64,000 nt of DNA from Tubulanus polymorphus. Its lineage: Eukaryota > Animalia > Nemertea. The DNA lies in NCBI RefSeq assembly GCF_964204645.1, contig NC_134028.1:25788345-25852344 (forward strand). The letters are read 5' to 3'. The notes beneath the pieces are model-generated. The model saw nothing but the letters and a program-made list of their open reading frames with translations, made no database searches and was not told the DNA's origin. Below, one piece after another: positions 12,024 to 25,512 of the stretch (position 1 is its first letter; each line of letters opens with the position of its first letter). The position numbers were made by a program, and so were the translations under genes.

Positions 12024-14422
12024 TTTATTACTTTGAACATATACATAAAACAACAAGATGTCACAAGTTCTCTATACGGACACGAGTCCAGAACTAGCCG
12101 AGTAAAAATACATTTAATAAACTGAACTGATCGTCTGGTTGTAGAAATATATAATAACTGAACAGCGGTCGTCTTGGTTAATTCGAGGCGTATTTATATA
12201 TTTATTATTAACAACCCGTAACATAATGACCAGTTGAATACGGTACGAAACACAGGTTAATGTAGAATTCTTTTATTCCGCGAATATAATAACGCGCACC
12301 AGTGCGATATTTAAATATTCACACACACGTGACCGACTGAAATGGCACGGAATCTCCTTATACATCCCCGACTGCGTGACCGTTAACAAATCGGTCACTT
12401 TCCCAAAAAATGCCGCAAGGGATTCCCACGCGCCTACTGCTGAAAAATGAATACATATAGACTTCAATCATTTCACAGGCTATCATCAAGCGAACCGTTT
12501 ATGGGAAGCTCAAAACAAGAAGATCATTTTTAAAGAATTGATGGCGCATTTGGAAAAATAAAATATATCGTGTTAAACGTGATGGGTGCGATCAATGAAA
12601 GCGAAAAGCTCAATCGATGGAACCAAAGAATAATCCGGGCCATTTAGGATTTTGGAGAGTCATATACATTCCAAAATATCACTTGTCAATGCCAAGATGA
12701 GCTTTTGAATTTAGGATTCGGGATTCAGAGCGCGATATAATCCTTCATTCGATGAATGAGCGCGAACGAAAACAGGGCAAAATAAAATTCAGATATTTCA
12801 TAGTCACGTGTCCCGTACTTGGAACTGTTTCAAAATGACATTATTTCACAGTCATCCCTGATGAAACGCGAGGTACTCGACTTAGTAAACTATAATTAAA
12901 ACTGTAAATTTGATTGCGGTTTCTGAGTACCTCTTGGGATCGGGAACCACGTTTACGTTCATAAAAACAACCCTCTTATAAAGTTATACGGCATGGCCGC
13001 TGGGATTAATATCACCATTGAAAAATACCTCATAATCAGGAAAGCGTGATGTCACTAAATTGACACAACGATCAACCGCCCTTACGATCAACGATCAAGC
13101 GCGGTTTGGTAAAGAAAGTCATAATTTCTTAGTGGTAATAAAACATTATCGCATTCCGAACACAGTTTATAAAGGCAATTCGAAAGCCGTTTATTTGTTT
13201 TTGGGTTATACGTAAATTGGGCGTAGGTTGGATTCCGTAGGATCGGTCGTTAATTGATTTCAAATAATTTTTCTTGAGAAAGATTTTAATCCGTTAATAT
13301 AATCTATAACATGCAAGTCCAAATAGTTCAAAGTGTTAATGAGCTGTCGATTAAGATCCGTCATCATGAGACATGTCATCATCATATGTAATTGACAGTT
13401 CCCAGCGTACGTAACGATGTACAACAACATTAGAAAAATAGGTACAACGTATAATATACGGGAATTGAGAAGGAATTTAAACTTGACATAGCGAGAAAAC
13501 TTAACGAATCAAGCTGCAAAAGGTCGAGAGAAAACTTTTGATGATTGGGAAACATTGAATATTTCATAACTAACGTACCTTGTATCGGGAAACGACGACA
13601 TTGACACAACACCATTACTGATCGAAGCAACAACTGATACTCCTATTAGTAAATCCGTTGTGAAGGGCATTATTTATACCGCACCAAACGCCGTATCCAT
13701 TCATCATTATTATAATATAAAGGCTGACCGTGAAATAGGGCAGCGTTGGACGATGTAAACAACAGAAATCGATGAAATTGCGTATTGAATTTTTAATCAA
13801 CGTTGAATCATTAGCGATGTTGTCAATTAATTTAGCCACCGCGGCGCGATCATTGTTCGACTAGTAATCAAATTCGTTTCAATATTTCGACTCTTTTCAA
13901 ACGAGTTTCGCGTGATTCCAAATCTAAAATCGATCTATCACTCACCGTTCGAACTTGTTTTCACTGAAAACATCGTCTGCCTTCGGTTAATAATAGATTT
14001 ATGCATTCATTCAATTTTTTTATAATCATTCTTGAAAACCGACCTGACTGACTGCAGGCGGAGATATATTCATAGCCGTAAATCAATTTAAAAATCGAAA
14101 TATGCCAATAATCAACGGGACATAATATGCATTCAATATTAACCTAATGAACGGGAAAATGAGTCTTGTTGATAATATCATAGCAGTTTACAATTCTATG
14201 ATAACATGAATACCAGTATAAGGGTTGCACCATAGATAATGATCATTTTCTATTGCAAACGCACTTATCAAACTACTGAATTCGTATATACATATCTATA
14301 AAGTAAATTGGATAAACATCTTTTCATGAGATTCATAAGTAAGACATCTTGATAAGTACTTAATTAACTGTTTTAGTGGTTGAAATGGTCCCGTTGCCAG
14401 TAATCAGCGTAGTGTCAGATTT

Positions 14423-14572
14423 TAACCGTCAAGTGCTGCTCCTATACATATCGTTGACGGTGAATATGTGAACTAACTTAAATGCACGATTTTCCTACTG
14501 CGGCATGCAAGTAATAAGGTAGTTCACACATTCTCCGTCAACGATATCTATAGAGGCAGCACCTAACGGTTA
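14423..14572. repeat. Imperfect inverted repeat with ~53-bp arms (foldback/MITE-like)
   Basis: TAACCGTCAAGTGCTGCTCCTATACATATCGTTGACGGTGAATATGTGAACTA pairs with TAGTTCACACATTCTCCGTCAACGATATCTATAGAGGCAGCACCTAACGGTTA. Confidence 0.8.
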
Positions 14573-15159
14573 TGATTCAGCTCAGCGGGACCTGCAGCGG
14601 GATGAACGATCAATCCGTATCATAGTTCATATATAATGACGAGCTTCCACGAAAACTTGTGCATGATCCGAACGCCTGGAAATGAATACATGTAGTCCTT
14701 TCCGTCCTTAATACGGTTATCAAACAATGAACAACAAATATAACGATTAAGTTTCAATATAATTATGATTATATTCAATCTTTTCACCCAAAACGCTTTA
14801 AGGTTCGAATATCCTCCATATATTTTTACTCATTGATATTTACAATTGAATTTATTAACAGAAAAAAAATCACTATCATTTTTTACACGCCGACGAAGAC
14901 AATTCATTTTCATGATCAGACGAGAAAAACTATAATAAATAACATAGAAATTTATCATTCCAGTGAAAATACAAGACTCCAGCCGAGTCAGTTGCGCATG
15001 AAATATTTATGATGCTGTTGCAACAAACTCTGACAAAGGACGAAACCAACAAATATAAACCTGTTCAAATATCAATATTCACCTTGCTGTAGAATTTAAA
15101 TGCATTCATTTTTTATGCATGCAGAAAATCGAAAAAAACCCACACTGATCATGTTAACC

Positions 15160-15352
15160 CAAGACTAGTAAGTCACTGATAACAGCGGTTTAGTCAGTGA
15201 CCAGGCTAAGGGTTACTCAGTGACCGGACTATGGTCTTGTTAGCAACTGTACTGACATCTCGTCAGTAACTGGCCTGGTCTAGTCAGTAAGCAGACGGCG
15301 GTCTAATCAGAAACTAGACTATGGTGATTGCTCCTATATAGGGTCTAGTAAG
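15160..15352. repeat. Degenerate tandem repeat of about 21 bp (GGTCTAGTCAGTAACTAGACT-like)
   Basis: Recurring GGT(C/T)TAGTCAGT(G/A)AC-like motifs at roughly 20-22-bp spacing, downstream of the USO1 stop. Confidence 0.5.
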
Positions 15353-15587
15353 CTAATGTACGGTTTCATGATCAGATATCTAAATCTTAGGTTTCTAACT
15401 AAACCAAGCTTATAACAAAACACAATACTATTCTGTGGCGTTAATCAAAAGATGAATTTTTAGGTATCAGCAAAAATTGAATTCAATAGGTTTAGTTATC
15501 GAAGTCAAATTTCTGATATTTTCTTAATGTTTTTAAATCCTGCATCGAAAGCACATGGTTTTTTTAAAAATAAAATCTAAACGTTGC

Positions 15588-18500
15588 TTATACTGGTTCA
15601 CCATCTTCCAGGTCTAAATCATCATCTTCATCACCGAAATCATCATCGTCGTCATCATCATCATCTTCAATCTATGGACGAGAAGAGTAAAATTTGATAG
15701 TAGATTATGTCTAAAAGCTAAAAGCAATGGAAGATAATATTCTGATAATAGACGAAAACAACAAAATCTGACTGGTAGACTAATATTGATCACAAAATTT
15801 TTGGTTTCTCTGATGATGGTGTTTAATCAAAACTCTGAAACTGTTATGAAAATAAACTATTAAATCATCAACAGTGGGTTTTGTTCATTAACTACAACCA
15901 AATCAGTTTCGTTGATGTTTTAGATAAATTTCTTCCGTCCATCTCCAGAGATTTATTTAGAACTGGCTGGATAGAACTAACCTTTCCACCACCTCAGGTT
16001 AACTCAATTTGTTCGTTAAATCATCATATTGCGGTCTTACATATACATCGACTGCGAAAGGTGTGAATTGATTTTAAGCATGAGACTAGACAATAAATAA
16101 TTCTTACCTTATCTCCTAATTCTTTTAATCGTTCTCGGTATTTTTTTAGTTTGACCTCTTGGTCGGCCATTAGCACCAGTAAATCTTCCTGCTCTTTCCT
16201 GATCGTATCTAGGTCTTCTTCAACTAGTTTCTTCTCACTCACCAATTTCTCATTAGCGTCTTCGCATTTCTGAAGAATACACGCATTGATATGAAATACA
16301 TGTATCTTAATAATCTGTAGCATCGAAATACAGAGGAACCTCATAACAACAAATTTCTGGACCCAGTTCTAGATTCAACTTTTGAGTTAATAAAAATATT
16401 GGCAACAAACTTATTTTAGCTGTTAAGTGAATTGTGTAATGAGAATTGTGGATGAAATGGATCCAGGTGACCAGGGGCATCAGTTGCTCAAAGTTGGATA
16501 AAGATAACCAACTGATGAGGGATCATTCATTTATTACGTACGCATTAAATTTGACTTTTTCAACCCCCCTGTAGGCAAAATCGGCCATTTTTTTCATATA
16601 CATTAAGCATTACAGTACGCAATTGCACTGACCCCTCACCCCTCCCCTAATGCGTACGTAATAAATGAATGATCCCTAAATATCATCGTAACAATGAACT
16701 TTTAATTGTCAGTGTCATCTACCGGTTAACTCTGACCAACTTTTGAGCATCTGCCCCCAGAAAACGTATTTTTATCAATAAATACCTACATCCAAGTTTG
16801 TTACGACGTTCCAATGCAAATTCTTTTAAAATCACTGCACATACCTGGCATTTATCGATATATGTCATGTTATCTTCGTTTGATTTTTTAATACGATCCA
16901 GTAAGGTTTGCTTTTCGGTTTCTAACTGTGATTTCTCGGCTTCGACCGACGTCAGTTTAGATTCGAGGTTCGAGATCCGAGACGTCATCTCGCTAGACTC
17001 ACCGCCACTATCGGTTTCACTATTTGACTGTAGTTTCTGAAATGAGAAATATAAGTTTTTATTCGTTTTGAAATACAGTAGACTCTGCTTACTTTGGATC
17101 TCGCGGGACCGGTAAATTCTCTCCGAGGAAGTACGCAAATTCCGGTTCAGACAGAGCAGGGATGGGTCAAGCGAACTTGAAATATATCGCCTGGGGCACA
17201 TGATAATCTGAGGCAATCAACTCCGGAGTAACCAAAGACTACTCTAAATAGTAGTTTATTTCTGCTGTGGGCTAATATGCCCTTCAATGCATAGTTCATT
17301 TTGCCCATTATACGTGAGTGACTCAGCAAAATCGATTGTGTTGTAATATACTGTTTTCAAAGAAGAAATTTGTTGTTGTGATTTCGTTGTGGCCGGTTTA
17401 TCGATTGTTTGACTCTCTACCAAAAGACTGCAGTTTATTCTAAATTCTTGTTGAACTTTTATTTCTACTCACTAAATTTTCCAGTTGTTTAGTTGCTTCC
17501 GCATAATTACTATTGACCGTTTCGAATTCTGCTGTTTTCGCGCGTAACGTTTCCTGAACTTGATTCAATTCTTGTTGTAAGTGAGAAACTCTGTTTTCTA
17601 AGTCGGTCGCGATCGAAGTCGAATCTTCTAATCCGTTCACTAACAACGGGTTAGCAGTTTCCGTCGAATTCACAGCGTTTTTCTACAAGAAATAGCAACA
17701 ACTGTACTAGTAACAATCCTCAGTATGACCGGTAGACCAATATTAACTTCAGCATTTCAGAGTTAATGAGCAAAAGCCACAATTGGTGATTAAACAATTT
17801 ATTCTGACAATTTCGAAGTTTTGACTAAACTTCATCATCAGAAAAACAAGAAAAAATCTTTTTCATTTCTCTGGTGAAGTTTAGTCAAAACTTTGAAACT
17901 GTCAAGATAAATTGTTAAATCAACCACTGTGGGTTTTGCTCATTAAACCTGAGTATGATTTTCAATCGGTTGTAAGTAACTCACCAGTGTCTCTATCTCT
18001 TTATCTCGTTCTTCTAATTGTTTCCGCTGACTTTCGACGTAATTTCTCAATTCTACCAATTCGTCCGAGTTCTCCGAAGACTGGGCCGACGAGGCTGAAC
18101 TTGTACCTAAATAAATACCGATTACATTATGTAAATTACGATTCAATGCATCAAACTCTGAACTGAAAAAGACAAATACCGTTTTGTATAAGAAAGAAAA
18201 ACCCAACATGTATGCTTATTTCCTATCTATTTGTTTTCCCTTTAGGGTGCCTGATATTACAAACTTAGCTTTCTTCTGGTTGCCCCGCTTTTATTTTACA
18301 ACAACAGCGTGCTTGGGAGCCGCATTTCTTTAATACGAAGAAAGGAAGTCATTTGTCTAAGGAAACCAACCTTTTTGTATCTTCAGCAGAGAATTTTGGT
18401 CTTTAAGTTGTTGCATCTGTTCGGCCGTTTCAGCGAGTTTATTCTCAGTGTCGGTGAATTGTTGTTTTAATTTCGCGTGTTCGGCTTTCAGTTTGTTCAA

Positions 18501-21500
18501 CGCCGTGTCCTGTTCGCGGATCAATTCTTTATACTGAACGACGATGTCCTCGTGTTGCGAGAAACTGCGTCTTTGCTCCAATTCACCTTCTTCTAGCGGA
18601 TGGACGGCCTTCAATACTTCATCTGTAACAAACACAAATACACGTAAAGTAAAACCTCCGTGAAAACCTCTCCACAGTAAAAGTTTCGCCCAGAACCGAA
18701 CGCGTTCGTTGACAAGAAGATTTACTGTATTATAATACGGACCCAAGTTTGTCTATTGCAAAACATTATTATTTTCATCACTTACTCTCTAAGGCTCGGT
18801 AGATTTTCGTGAATTCGTAATCGAAGATCACTTCGTTCGGCTGTTTATACTGAACGTGCGGGCGTTTAGCAGCTTTACTATATCCTTCGACCTTCGACAC
18901 TTGACTCAATTTATCCGAATACATCTCTAAACCGATGCGCTTCTCGATCACCTGACGAAGCGTTTCCCTAGAAAAAAACACAAAAGCAGCCATGAAATTA
19001 GTTCATCATTCCGTCGTTGATCGGTAAACGTTTTCCCCATGAGGTAGAATTACATACTTTGTGTAACCAGCGGTCTCATCATTATTGTATAGGACGCTGA
19101 TTCCCAATAGAAACGCGCACAGACCCTGAACAAGCACTTCCTGTTCATCGCCGTCTGACGCTGATATCTGCGAAATGAGCTATTCACGAAAGGTCAAGGT
19201 ATTCAATTTGAATAAGCTGAATAATTTAATTATGTCTCTGAAGAACGTCCGAATTGTTTTCCCCGACTTGATCTGCTTAAAATCCACTTGATTAACTGTC
19301 AAATATGTTTGACAGAAACTGTTTAAGTTGTTGTCAAATGTGACGGAAACTGTTTGATTTTACACACAATCTAGCAATCTCAATTAATTTCCCAGACTTT
19401 CAGCTTTTTCTACACAATTCCCTGACTTTTCACTGATAGAATGTTTAAAACGAAACTCATTTCATCATTTAAAGGATACATAAGGCACATTTGATTCATT
19501 GGAGAGGAATGCTTGTACGCAGGCGGTGCTATTACACAACCAATTACACAACAGCTGCAACAAACCAACTTTAGTCTGGAACTTAGCTCCCTGTAACAAA
19601 TAGAACACGTTCTCAGCTTATCTTCATTCATTAAGGTATGATTTGAATTTCTTTAAACACCCCACTTTCTTGTATGCAAAATCGACCATTTTGTACTAGC
19701 CAATACTTAAAGAATTACAATACGTAATTACATTAACCCTTTCTCCCTCCCCCTAAGCTTACGTCATAAATGAATGACCCTCACAGTTAACCGTGCCTAA
19801 CGGGAGTGGCACCGGGATCGGAAAAATAAGATAAGAAATCAGAAAAAAATTCCTTTTATCTGAGTTAGTGAAAGGTCTGAGTTAGTGAAAGGTCTGAGTT
19901 AGATTAGGAGTTAGATGAGGTTTACTTGAGCCAGTTTCACAACCTTTGAGTTAGTATTTGACTCCATAGTTGAAAATGACCTAGTTTTAACAAGGAAGTT
20001 ATATCCAACTCATTTCTGATGTGGAAACGCTGGATCCTGTTGATGAAAAAGTCCCGATGATTTCATGATTGATAATTACCTGGCCGAGAATATTGATACA
20101 TTGTTGCAGTAATGAGACAGGAGGATTGCCGAGACTCGTCGCCAGTTGAACGCGCAGTAGTTGCTCTTTTTGACTCGGGTTATCGAGGGTAGAGTGCAAC
20201 AGAGCGATCGCAGCGCACCACGTCGACAGAGAATCTGAACTGAATAATCCACCGCATAACAGCTGACCAGCAGATATTGTATTCACTACAAAACCAGAGA
20301 CACAATGATTAATTATCTTTATATAATATGACAATCATGGTTCCCACAGTTACATGAATTCAATATTGCTAAGTTTTTCCCAAGTATTACATGGGTGATT
20401 TTATTTTCAATTTTCCCAAATGAAAATGGGAATGCCCCATGCCACCACACTGCAGGGAGGTTAACATTTTAGTGGTGACTTGTTGATAAAGGTGAAGAAA
20501 GTGAGCCGCTGGGTAAGACCGATGCTGTGATGTGTAAAATAAATTTCCCAAATATTTGCCAGATAAGAGGAAAATCGATTTAATTCCAGAATATTTCCAA
20601 ACCTTGAAATATAACGTACTTCCCCGAGTTGGAAAACATGAGATGGTTGAATATAACTTACCATCAGCAGATGCTGGTAATAATGTTTGAACGATCTGCG
20701 ACTGACCGAGTTCGTTTTTATACAGAAACGACTGGAAGCAGTAGAGAACGGCGCAGCGTAATACGAACGGCTGTTTCTCGTTAACCATCGACATCAATAA
20801 CACCACAATAGCCGGTCTAAAACAACAACACATCAGAGATAATCCCGATTTTTCCTTTGTATTGCAGGGTCTTATTGAGTAAGAGATTAGGCAGCTACTG
20901 GTAATAAACAGATCTATTTATTTGTCTTCCAGTGGACTCTGATCTTTCAAGAGACACGACACGTACCTAGGTGGATTCGATGGTGCCATAACCGATGCGA
21001 AGAATTCCTGATTCGGTGTATTACCACGGATTATCTCTGATACAGTGTTTATTGTCTGTAATAAATCATCATATTCATGTACACAGTATTTGCCACGCAG
21101 GGTTCTGGAGGGGTGGTGGCAACCCTCGCCAATTTTACAATTACCCCTCAGAAAAATCAGCTTCCCGTTCAAAAATCTGCTGCCGCAGTAGAGGAGTTGA
21201 TATCAATGTTCCATGTCAATATATTATGATTGCTTACAATTGCTTTATACAATAATAAGTCTATGCGAAATTACACCAAGATGACACTTTAAACGCTTAA
21301 TAGCGTTTGGTGTCCATGCTGTTGCACTCTAAATGCATTCAGCCCCTCTAAATGCCAGCATATGGAGAATGCGTATAAAAAGTTTTTTCATAATACGGTA
21401 TGGAATTATTTAACAAAGAGTTGTGTTTTTTAATGAAGTTACCTCGGTAAGAACATCAGCTGGTACACCACTAGCCATTAGAATAGAACATAACTGTTGC

Positions 21501-23702
21501 AATAAACCTACAATATGAGAATAAACTCCTTCAATTATTGAACCAGCTGACAATTTATACGATATCTCAACAATGAGAATCTATTCCTGTAATGTCAAAC
21601 ATACACTAGACCAGTAAACTGTTACTCACCACACTGATTCATGACTTTCTGACAACTGAGAATCTGTTGGGCCGGACTACTAGGTGAAACAAGGGCACGC
21701 ACAACCTGAAATTAAATCGTCGAACGATGAAAACCATCAGCAGAATCCCAAAAGGCTTCCATTAGTCGATGACTAATTTTCTACTACAGCATCTTAATAG
21801 TCATCTTCAGTTACAAATAAATATTTGAAAAACATCTCACTCAGAAATCCAAATTACTAACCTAAATCAGGGTCCAGTTTCACGAAAAAGTTTTAGCCTA
21901 AAACGGTCAAGTTTGAATTGTTGTCCTCATTGAAAACATGAAGTAACCAATGGCAATTACACCAAAAATTTGAGTTTAACTTTTTCGTGAAACCGGGCCC
22001 TGGGCTGATAGAAGAATTCTCATATCTTACCTGTAGCATCAGATGAATATTAGTGACTTTTTGAGCGCTCCAGCCGCCCTGAGGGCTCTTCTCAACGGGC
22101 TGTAACTCGAAGAACGGAGCGATTTTCTGGATGTAACTTCCCTCTTTGAAGAAGTTCTGATTTGAGGCGTTGTTTTTCAAGAGGTTTAACAGTAACAGTA
22201 GACAATCCTCAACTACGATACCTGCGCACAACAAAGCAATAATTTTTTATAAAAATATATTCATACATAATAGACAGGGTGGCGCCACCTTCCCCCGTTT
22301 TACAAATCCCCTGAGTTTCCCATGTCATAACACAAAATTCCCAGAGGGAATCGCCGGTAGGTGAATGGAGATACAAATGACGTAGGCCTATCGATAAAGA
22401 AAGGCATGGTCAAATAAAATAGGGCTATCTAAATTCCCTCAGTTTTCCCTGATTTTTTTAATAGATTTCTCTGATTCCCTGAGTTTTCCAGGTCTGATCA
22501 GGGGCTATCCTAAAAAATAGGATGCCACAATTTTCTTGTAATATTTACCTCCGTCACTATTGTCTTCCTCGCGTATTATTTCCAGTAATCTTTCGAACGC
22601 GTTTTCAAAAGCAACAATTTTCTGTATATTCGCGTTACCCTTCGTCAGTTGTTGCAAAAGCAAAAGACCCTGAAACATATAAAGACCACAACTTAGAAAA
22701 TCATCACTTTAATATTTCTCCTCTTGGCTCCGGGATACTGGAAAATTGACTTACATCATTTCTGATAACTTCTCGACTGTCCGACAGTAGATCCATCATT
22801 TTTGAAACGCCCATCGGGCTGACCAGGACGACTTCTTGCAAATCTTTACATCTATTCCCCAATAACGTAATCAGAAGCTTCACAGTTGGCCATCGCACGT
22901 GGAAATCGTACTCCTAAAAATTGGTCGAATCAATTTCTACCGAATCAAACGATTTTAATTACAAATTTGAAGAAAAATGTGTAGTTAATTTACCTCTAAA
23001 AGGGACAGTAACATCTGTACATTTTCCTGTTTTTTAATGAATATTTCCGTGAATTGGCCGCCTAAATCTTCCGGATAATTAGGATCCAAAACGGCAATGT
23101 TGTCTGAAAACGGATACATCAAGATAATAAATAAACGTCCCAAAATCGAAAGATTTTAATTTTCAAACAAATTTCTCCCTTGTATGAAAGTTTTCTCACC
23201 CTGTTCTTCATTAGGTTCGTTTGACATGATGTTACACAACGTTTCAAGCGCGTATCCAATAATTTCAGGATCTCCTCTGGAGAAATAAGAGAAAGAGCAG
23301 ATGATTCTACAGAATATCGAATATATCAAACTCAAGCTTCAAGCTGATACAATGAATGAAATGTGTCAACGCTATTTGAAATCATGTTTATTTAATAGCA
23401 GACAACATGATGTAAACGATCATTGATGTTAAATAAGTTTACACAGAATTTCATTTCTTACATCTGTTACTAATAAGCGGTGAATTAAAAATCACAGAAA
23501 AGATGAAAAGGGTTTGTAAAAATTTCAATGTCAATAGAAATTAAAATTTAATACCTGTCAACTGCCAGCACGTTTAGCAGTATTTCCATGCTTTGAGTGC
23601 CTACTTCAAGGCAATATTTCTAAATGAAAAAAATTTGTTCTTTAAATAGGTGTACACCTATCTGTTATCAATTTATATAATAATACAATAATGACAACGA
23701 TT

Positions 23703-23743
<41 letters not shown>

Positions 23744-24874
23744 AGATTTATAAAGTGCTTGTTTCTCATTAGTTCATCGGCGCTGAGATGGTGCATAGTC
23801 ACCATATGCACATTGAACCAAGAAATGTTTTAATGATCGTTTAAACTGGTTGATGTCGCGAATATCTCAGGAGAGTGTGATCGACGTTGCTCCAAACTGA
23901 AGCAGCTATTGCAAATGACTGAATGTAACAATTTTGAAATGAGGTTTAAACTGGCAAAGTCTTCGATGTGATGAAGTTGGCCAATAAGCAGTAGAAGGTA
24001 GAGATAATACACACTCTTGAAAGTGACTTCAGAGCGCGGACTGCATCTCTCCTGTCATCTAACAACGTTGATGATTGCACTCGATCGCATAACCTTTCAA
24101 CCTGAAACACAAAAACAAATCTATATCAAATTCATCGCACATCATATCATGACATGTTCCAAAATGTTTTAGCATGTCGAGTTCATTCGCCTTAATCTAA
24201 AACTCGTCTGTGGTTTGGTTTCACGATCGGATAATTTCCTGAACCACATCGAGGTATTAGCCTATCCATCCAATTGTTAGAGCTTACCACAAACGATTAG
24301 GCAACTATCTTATTTTAAGGATTGTAAGGATAAATGTTGCTTGGAGCAATATTGTGCTCTAAAGTTCTAGGAAAGTCTTTTCATTTTTGTGTCTTTGATT
24401 TTTTTTTGGACATTTGCATTGGCCATAATGAAGTCAAATTTGAGATATGCGTTCAAAAGTTCGAAATATCCACAAAAAATCGATGACTCAAAAATAGACT
24501 AAGGCAGCAGTTCATTTAGGCCACTATCAACAAGTGTTAAAAATATCAATCTCTGTCTCTGAGGCCTAGTCCAGCTTTATCTGAATACATGAGTATAAGA
24601 ACAGGACAAAATTCGAGGTTTTGAGGAAACTGTCATTCTATTCTAGAGTCAGCGAAACTGAAAGCAGATGCTTTGACAGATCGTAGACGTTTCTAATCGA
24701 TATTTAGCACGACCGCTGCCGGTATCAATCTGGACTATTCCACTGTCGCTGACCACTTAGACAGATTTTTGAAACTAAGACATTTAGATTGTCTAATCAA
24801 CTTACAGTTTCTGCCCCAGTAGGCTGGCCCCCGCTTTCCTGATTTGCGCCCAAATATTTGCGGAAATAATCCAT
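15588..24874 (-). CDS. USO1: General vesicular transport factor p115 (USO1), complete multi-exon gene
   Basis: Exon 1 at 24874-24806 (MDYFRKYLGANQESGGQPTGAET), then VERLCDRVQSSTLLDDRRDAVRALKSLSR, PMGVSKMMDLLSDSREVIRND, IVVEDCLLLLLNLLKNNASNQNFFKEGSYIQ, KQPFVLRCAVLYCFQSFLYKNELGQ, a coiled coil, KEQEDLLVLMADQ and an acidic tail (IEDDDDDDDDFGDEDDLDLEDGEPV*). Confidence 0.97.
16519..16676. mobile_element. MITE with 29-bp perfect TIRs, probably PIF/Harbinger-type, in a USO1 intron
   Basis: GGGATCATTCATTTATTACGTACGCATTA ... TAATGCGTACGTAATAAATGAATGATCCC, flanked by TGA/TAA. A decayed copy lies at about 19640-19782. Confidence 0.8.
17784..17926. repeat. Intronic foldback element (~55-bp inverted arms)
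   Basis: TGGTGATTAAACAATTTATTCTGACAATTTCGAAGTTTTGACTAAACTTCATCA pairs with TGGTGAAGTTTAGTCAAAACTTTGAAACTGTCAAGATAAATTGTTAAATCAACCA. Confidence 0.8.
19180..19479 (-). other. U12-type (minor spliceosome) GT-AG intron in USO1
   Basis: Minus-strand donor TAT|GTATCCTTTA matches the U12 consensus RTATCCTTT. The 3' end ACCTTGACCTTTCGTGAATAG has a CCTTRAC branch site close to the AG and no real pyrimidine tract. Splicing joins ...SNVPY|LISQIS... in frame. Confidence 0.88.
21868..22002. mobile_element. MITE-like element with TIRs CAGGGTCCAGTTTCACGAAAAAGTT / AACTTTTTCGTGAAACCGGGCCCTG
   Basis: Inverted terminal repeats of about 25 bp. Related ends occur near 16358, 26224 and 29765-29871. Confidence 0.72.
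23704..23742. repeat. (TAA)n microsatellite in a USO1 intron
   Basis: Directly visible run of TAA triplets. Confidence 0.95.
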
Positions 24875-25512
24875 TTTCTATAATTTTTGACAAGAGCAGA
24901 GTAAGACTTCCGGGTTGAAGTGACGCATGCGTACGCGACGTGGCATAGCTGTTTTGCACCTGTATTCCGATAGATGGCGAGTGTGTGAACGATGCAAATG
25001 TGCAGATTTATCAACGACCGCGGGTTACTAGATCAACAAGGCTGCTCGAAGTGGGATTATCAAAATAGTAAAAACGAATACGTATACTTTCAGTGTTTAT
25101 ACTGTATTTCAGTGTAAATATTGTTGTCTATTTTGATTTAAACAGATCTGATCTTTTGTTTATAAGTCGTAGAAAAGAGCTAAAAGACAAGTGATCTACG
25201 TCGAGGTTAGGGAATACTACTAGTAGTTCGGGAACCTGAATCCAGTGATCAACCCCTCTTCGATCCTCGTTAGGTGTAGGCCTATCCAACTGCGTATAAC
25301 ATCAGACACCAAGGTTATCTTGCATGAAAACGAAAAACAAAAATTTCTTGATTTTTTTTTTCATTAATATGTATTTAATCAAATGTTTTCACTTAAAATG
25401 GTACACGATGAAATAATGGCCTGAAATAATAGCGAAATAATAGCTAGCGTTAATAAATACACCATTTATTCAAATCTATCATTTAATTGCATAAGATCAT
25501 TGATTGAGAGCA

